Positions 36,027 to 40,756 of a stretch of DNA of 40,756 nucleotides are shown here, piece after piece (the stretch's first letter is position 1; every line of letters begins with the position of its first letter). Source of the DNA: a bacterium. Its GTDB lineage: Bacteria; Patescibacteriota; Minisyncoccia; Minisyncoccales; JAUYFS01. Position numbers and translations under genes: made by a program. The notes beneath the pieces are model-generated. The model did no database searches. It worked only from the letters and a program-made list of their open reading frames with translations, and was not told the DNA's origin. The stretch spans positions 1 to 40,756 of the forward strand of contig JAUYFS010000002.1 in NCBI GenBank assembly GCA_030689665.1, in the 5' to 3' direction.

Positions 36027-36466
36027 AATTTATTTTTTTGTTGGCTGTCTAATTCCTGATTTACTAGATAATCCGCCTCTTTATTTTCTTCCCTTGAAAT
36101 GTGTTTTATTTTGAAAACAGGAAGTTCAACTTTTAAATTCCAGGCCTCTAAAAATAATCTCTGGATTTCCGGGTCTAAAATTTTATATCTCCCGTTTAAT
36201 TGCTCCACCAAAAGCTGGGAATCGGAAAAAACTTCTATTTCCAGCTCTTTTATTTTTGCTTTTCCAAAAATCAATTTTATTTTTTTAAGGGCAAAAACAA
36301 GGGCGCTATATTCTGCTATATTATTGGTTTCTGTCCCCAGAAATTGGCTGTATTTTTTTATCGCATTCCCTTTTTGGTTTTTAATAACAACCCCAAGAGC
36401 TGCTGGACCGGGATTTCCTCTGGCCCCTCCGTCTATAAAAATTTCTATTTTTTCTTTTTTTGTCAT
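36008..36466 (-). CDS. rnhA: Ribonuclease HI family protein
   Basis: IDGGARGNPGPA, TNNIAEY, SDSQL, HISREENKEADYL. Confidence 0.92.
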   Translation of the reverse strand: MTKKEKIEIFIDGGARGNPGPAALGVVIKNQKGNAIKKYSQFLGTETNNIAEYSALVFALKKIKLIFGKAKIKELEIEVFSDSQLLVEQLNGRYKILDPEIQRLFLEAWNLKVELPVFKIKHISREENKEADYLVNQELDSQQKNKFTLPSF

Positions 36467-37671
36467 TTTTTTAAGGTAATAAAATAATTTTCCAATTCTT
36501 CTCTTATTTTTTCCAGATTTTCTTTTTTTGAAGAAAATCCCGCAGCTGCCTTGTGACCGCCGAAATTTTCCAAAAATTCCTCAACTGATTTTAACGCCTC
36601 AATGCTGTCAAGATTATGAGGAACTCTAACCGCTCCCTTGGCAAGGTCGTTATTTAAAGAAACAATAAATGTCGGTTTTTTATAATATCCGCAAATTTTT
36701 GAAGCGATTGAGCCGGTAAAAGAAACCGGGCATTTTTTGCTGATAGCAAAAACAATTTCAGAATTTATTTCATTTTCTCTCCTTCTTTCTTTTATAATTT
36801 CTTCCACAAAATTATTCAACTCCTCTTTTCTTTTTTTTTGGTCGCTAATCAATTCATCTGCCAATTCACGGGCTTTGCCGGAATTTTTGGCGTTTAAAAT
36901 TCTGTAAGTTCCGGTAAGATGATATTTACATTTTGTGATATTTAAAATTGAAATGATTTTCTGGATTTTGGGCCTGATGAATCTTTCATTTGTTTCCGTT
37001 TTTTGGCTAATAATTCTTAAGCCCTTTCTTTGGTCTTCCGGGAATAATTCAAGCCCCTTATCAATTAAAAACTGGTTTATTGAATCAACCTTCATCATGT
37101 CGGCAATCGTGGCAATCATTGTTAAAACAATGTGGCTATTGAATAAAGTTTCAAAATCTTTTTCTTTTGTCTTCAATTCTTTCAAGAGTATTCTTGTTAA
37201 ATAAAAAATCAATCCGGCGTTTGCCAAATTAAAAAAATCTTGCGGGTTCTCGGCGTCTTTGGTGTCAATAACCACATCTGCTTGGGGTTTTTGGGACATT
37301 ACTTCGTGGTGGTCAATAATCCAAACCCTGAATCCCATTTTTTTGGCCAAAGAGGTTTCTTTGAAATTGGTTATGCCGCAATCAAGAGAAATTAAAATTC
37401 CCGGAGCGTATTTTGATAAATACAATAGTGATTTTTCATTGATTCCATAACCCTCTTTTTCTCTGTCAGGAAAAAAAATTTTGGCAATCTTTGCTCCCAA
37501 GAAATTCAAAACTTCTTCCAAAATGACTACTGAGGCTGAACCGTCCAAATCAGCGTCGCCGTAAAGAATAATTTTTTCTTTTTTATCAATCGCTTCTTTA
37601 ATTAGTTTTAAAAACTCGGGAACTCCTTTTATTTCGTAAAATTTGTCAAAGTTTAAAGAATCCATATTCAA
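36463..37671 (-). CDS. recJ: RecJ-like DHH/DHHA1 exonuclease (short, divergent)
   Basis: GDADLDG, EGYG, LDCG, IIDHH, TIAD, GGHKAAAG. Confidence 0.8.
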   Translation of the reverse strand: MNMDSLNFDKFYEIKGVPEFLKLIKEAIDKKEKIILYGDADLDGSASVVILEEVLNFLGAKIAKIFFPDREKEGYGINEKSLLYLSKYAPGILISLDCGITNFKETSLAKKMGFRVWIIDHHEVMSQKPQADVVIDTKDAENPQDFFNLANAGLIFYLTRILLKELKTKEKDFETLFNSHIVLTMIATIADMMKVDSINQFLIDKGLELFPEDQRKGLRIISQKTETNERFIRPKIQKIISILNITKCKYHLTGTYRILNAKNSGKARELADELISDQKKRKEELNNFVEEIIKERRRENEINSEIVFAISKKCPVSFTGSIASKICGYYKKPTFIVSLNNDLAKGAVRVPHNLDSIEALKSVEEFLENFGGHKAAAGFSSKKENLEKIREELENYFITLKK

Positions 37672-37674
37672 AAT

Positions 37675-38775
37675 TTAATCTTCCAAAGCGTTTAACCCAG
37701 TCAATTTTCCGTCAACAATATAATCCAAAAGCGCGCCGCCGCCAGTAGAAAGATGGCTAAAACCCTTGTCTCTTAATCTTAATTGTCGCAGGGTAAAAAG
37801 CAAGCTTCCTCCGCCTATAATTGAATTTGCCGTTTTGTTTTTTAAAACACTTTCGGCGATTGCTCCTGTGCCGTTGGAGAATTCATCATTTTCTGTTTTT
37901 CCCAAAGAACCTGTCCAAAATATTTTTTTGGCTGTGGAAATATAATCGCTGAATAATTTCTGGGTTTCCGGGCCTATGTCCGGAATTTCCGTCTTTTTAT
38001 CAATCTCGCTGAATTTTTCCACGCTAATGCCGCCTTTGTCAGAAGAAACAACCACATCAACTGGGGTTATAATTTTTGCGTTGCCAATCAAAGCTGAAGG
38101 CAAATTTCTGGCAACAATTCCACTTGTCAAAATAAAGTCAGCCATTTCCAAAACTTTTTCCAAAAAAATCACTTTTTCTTCTTTTATTCCGCCAATAATA
38201 AAAATCGCCGGCTTTTCTTCGCTTTTCATAAAATCATTGATTGACTTAAGCTCCTTCTCAAAAAGCAAGCCGATTCCTTTTTCCATAAAAAATTTAGCAA
38301 TGCCAACAATAGAAGAATGCTCCCTGTGAGAAGCGCTAAAAGCGTCGTTTATGTAAATATCTCCCAATTTTGAGAGGTTTTGCGAGAAAATCAGTTCGTT
38401 TTTTTCTTCTTCAGTCCAAAATCTCAAATTTTCCAAGAGCAAAATTTCTCCGGGATTAAGTTTGTTGGACATTTCTTCAATTTTTTCGCTGTAATAACTG
38501 TCAACCTTGCATATTTTAAAACCCAATTTTTCAGAAAAAACTTTTCCAATTTTGTCCATTTTCAAATTTTCAACAACATTGCCGTCAGGCCTTCCCAAGT
38601 GGCTCATTAAAACAATTTTTGCCTTATTTTTCACCAAAAAATCAAGGGTCGGAACAATTGCCCTAATTCTAAAATCGTCCAAAATTTCTCCTGTTTCTTC
38701 GTCTATCGGAACATTCAAATCTCCCCTGAGTAAAACTCTTTTTTTGTTCAAATCAAAATCTTTTAAAAATTTCAT
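37675..38775 (-). CDS. pgk: Phosphoglycerate kinase (divergent C-terminal domain)
   Basis: DLNVP, SHLGRP, LLENLRF, NDAFSASHR, STGGGA. Confidence 0.9.
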   Translation of the reverse strand: MKFLKDFDLNKKRVLLRGDLNVPIDEETGEILDDFRIRAIVPTLDFLVKNKAKIVLMSHLGRPDGNVVENLKMDKIGKVFSEKLGFKICKVDSYYSEKIEEMSNKLNPGEILLLENLRFWTEEEKNELIFSQNLSKLGDIYINDAFSASHREHSSIVGIAKFFMEKGIGLLFEKELKSINDFMKSEEKPAIFIIGGIKEEKVIFLEKVLEMADFILTSGIVARNLPSALIGNAKIITPVDVVVSSDKGGISVEKFSEIDKKTEIPDIGPETQKLFSDYISTAKKIFWTGSLGKTENDEFSNGTGAIAESVLKNKTANSIIGGGSLLFTLRQLRLRDKGFSHLSTGGGALLDYIVDGKLTGLNALED

Positions 38776-38788
38776 AAAATTTTTTAAA

Positions 38789-40330
38789 TTAAATAATCGG
38801 CCTGTCTAAAAAATCTTTTAAGGTTTCTTTTAATTTTTCAATTCTTGATTCCTTTTCTTTGTCTTCAATTCTTTCAACCCCCTTAAATCTTTCTTTCGGC
38901 GCTTCTTTGATTTCTTCGCTCTGCTGTCTTTTCATGCAAGATTTGCAATAAACGGGCAACCCGGGTTTGGGAAGAAACGGCACTTTTATTTTTTTGCCGC
39001 AAAGAACGCAGGTCGTATCGTAAAGATTAAAAGCAAGCGGCGCTTCCCCTCTGGTAACAATATCAGAAGCCCATCTTATTATTTTTTCTTCCACCTTTAA
39101 TCTGTTGGTGGCATATCTTTCTCTGCATGATTTTATTATTTTTTCTCTGTGTGAAGCTTCCGGAGCTTCAAAAAGCGGCAAAGAAGTGATTGAAAAGGGC
39201 CTGGTTGTGATTCCATTAACCATTACTTTCGCGCACATCTGGTATTTTGACAAATTAACCATATCAAGAACGGTAAATTCCGGGCTGAATTCTTTTTCTA
39301 AAAATTCCGCGTCTTCGGCGCCAACCCTAAAAATAACAAGACTGCCAACATTGCCAAAAACAGCGTCTTTCACTGACAATTCCATCTGGGTAATATATTG
39401 GTGGGCTAAAATTAAATTCAGCCGGTATTTTCTGGCTTCTGATAAAATATTGACAAAAGATTCCGTGGCAAAATTCTGAAATTCATCAACATATAAAAAG
39501 AAATCTTTTCTTTCTTCTTCTTTGACATTAACTCTGGACATCGCGGAAAATTGAAGTTTGGTGATTAAAAGAGCTCCCAGCAAACGGGACGCGTCTTCTC
39601 CGATTTTTCCTTTTGACAAATTGATTATCAAAATTTTTCCGTTGTCCATAACATCTCTCATGTCAAAAGAGGTCTTTACTTGACCGACAATGTTTCTGAT
39701 TAACGGAGAAGCTATAAACTGGCCAATTTTGTTTTGTATGGCCGCGGTTGCTTCCATTTCATATCTCTGCGTGTATCTGGCAAATTCTTTTTCCCAAAAC
39801 GCCCTGATAATCGGGTCTTTTAGTTTTTCGGTAACATCTTTTCTGAAATCCGGGTCTGAAAGCATTCTGTGAATTCCCAAAAGCGTTGAACCCTTGTATT
39901 CCAAAAGCGCCAAAATCGCATTGTTTAAAATATATTCCATTCTGGCTGACCAGACATCGGGCCAGATTTTTTTAAAAACACTCATCAGTCCGCTGGCAAC
40001 CAAATGCCGGTCTTCAACAGCGACATCTTCCATAATATTAAAAGCAATCGGGTATTCTATGTCAGCCGGATTTATGTAAATAACATCGTTTATTCTTTTA
40101 GCCGGAATATAGTCCAAAAGTTCTTCGCACGCTTCCCCGTGCGGGTCTAAAAAAGCCAAACCATGTCCGTTGCGAATATCTTGGATAGCCAGATTTTTTA
40201 TCAGCGTAGTTTTCCCGACTCCGGTTTTACCCATAACATAAAAATGCCTTCGGCGGTCATCCAATTTAATTCCGATTTTTTTCTGAACATCCCTGAAATT
40301 TGTTTTTCCAAAAAAAGTGATTTCTTCCAT
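38789..40330 (-). CDS. TraD/VirB4/HerA-like P-loop ATPase with a C-terminal CxxC-x17-CxxC Zn ribbon
   Basis: GKTGVGKT, LDPHG, YVDEFQNF, SEARKY, AHQY; CVLC-17aa-CKSC. Confidence 0.85.
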   Translation of the reverse strand: MEEITFFGKTNFRDVQKKIGIKLDDRRRHFYVMGKTGVGKTTLIKNLAIQDIRNGHGLAFLDPHGEACEELLDYIPAKRINDVIYINPADIEYPIAFNIMEDVAVEDRHLVASGLMSVFKKIWPDVWSARMEYILNNAILALLEYKGSTLLGIHRMLSDPDFRKDVTEKLKDPIIRAFWEKEFARYTQRYEMEATAAIQNKIGQFIASPLIRNIVGQVKTSFDMRDVMDNGKILIINLSKGKIGEDASRLLGALLITKLQFSAMSRVNVKEEERKDFFLYVDEFQNFATESFVNILSEARKYRLNLILAHQYITQMELSVKDAVFGNVGSLVIFRVGAEDAEFLEKEFSPEFTVLDMVNLSKYQMCAKVMVNGITTRPFSITSLPLFEAPEASHREKIIKSCRERYATNRLKVEEKIIRWASDIVTRGEAPLAFNLYDTTCVLCGKKIKVPFLPKPGLPVYCKSCMKRQQSEEIKEAPKERFKGVERIEDKEKESRIEKLKETLKDFLDRPII

Positions 40331-40345
40331 AAAAAATAGAATAAA

Positions 40346-40756
40346 TTATCCGAACGGAACCTCCGGGGGCACTTCCACTTTCTTTGCCTGGACTCTGGGA
40401 ATATACGGGCCCGGAGAAACGCTTTTGCTCGGAAAATGAAAAATAGAAGCGATTTCTTCGCTGTTAAAAAATAAAGTTCCTCCGGGATAAGGACTAAGCG
40501 GCCACTGCCTTTTTCTATATCTTCTAAGTAAAGCTCTTTTTCTGGCAAATACTCTTCTTGGTTTCATAAAATAAACAATTTTGGTAAAAGTCGGCTTAAA
40601 GGGCAAAAAACCGTTCATATTTGAAATGGCAAATTGGCTGGCAAAAGAAAAAGGTATCCTGATTTGCGGCTTGAAAAAAACATCCTTTTTGGCAACATAC
40701 ATAATTCTAAAACAGCTTTTAAAAATTGGCTTTGACATTTTTTCTTCAACAGACCT
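40346..40756 (-). CDS. Conserved hypothetical protein, 3' part (5' end outside the window)
   Basis: The frame stays open to the window edge; EEIASIFHFP motif is typical of the partner gene upstream of such ATPases. Confidence 0.6.
   Translation of the reverse strand, partial: RSVEEKMSKPIFKSCFRIMYVAKKDVFFKPQIRIPFSFASQFAISNMNGFLPFKPTFTKIVYFMKPRRVFARKRALLRRYRKRQWPLSPYPGGTLFFNSEEIASIFHFPSKSVSPGPYIPRVQAKKVEVPPEVPFG

Noticed and set aside
86..40548. Numerous short plus-strand ORFs in the track (e.g. 86-349, 4113-4550, 17902-18435, 33385-33840)
   Set aside because: They are antisense shadows or alternate frames of well-supported minus-strand genes, with no motifs.

Overview
AT-rich bacterial chromosomal window, most likely Patescibacteria/CPR (Parcubacteria-like). 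This assignment is an inference from gene content and style: rpoBC detached from rplL, gyrA without an adjacent gyrB, a divergent stand-alone ftsZ, a TraD/VirB4-like ATPase with a CxxC-x17-CxxC tail, and A73 tRNA-Gly. Almost all genes are on the minus strand. Housekeeping content: recA (partial), ftsK, rpoC, rpoB, intein-containing gyrA, trxB, galU, ftsZ, FKBP, ABC transporter, hpf, ftsEX, frameshifted prfB, ftsB-like, lepA, murJ, rnpB, ppaC, rnhA, recJ-like and pgk, plus tRNA-Gln(CTG), tRNA-Thr(CGT) and tRNA-Gly(CCC). The most striking signals are in non-coding structure. (1) Two adjacent 'Russian-doll' tRNA loci: an intact tRNA-Thr and an intact tRNA-Gly each sit between inverted repeats inside the split remains of another tRNA of apparently the same isotype. 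(2) A family of short GC-rich palindromes has inserted in-frame into rpoC and trxB and also occurs in tRNA relics, in RNase P RNA helices and in intergenic space. (3) An island 3' of tRNA-Gln carries an NYN RNase gene preceded by its own promoter, a two-hairpin small RNA and a terminator, all flanked by ~147-bp direct repeats ending in tRNA-Gln-like 3' ends. (4) A gene is inserted at the recA start with a 22-bp duplication. (5) There are signs of leaderless, SD-poor translation. No database searches or folding programs were run; all calls come from reading motifs.
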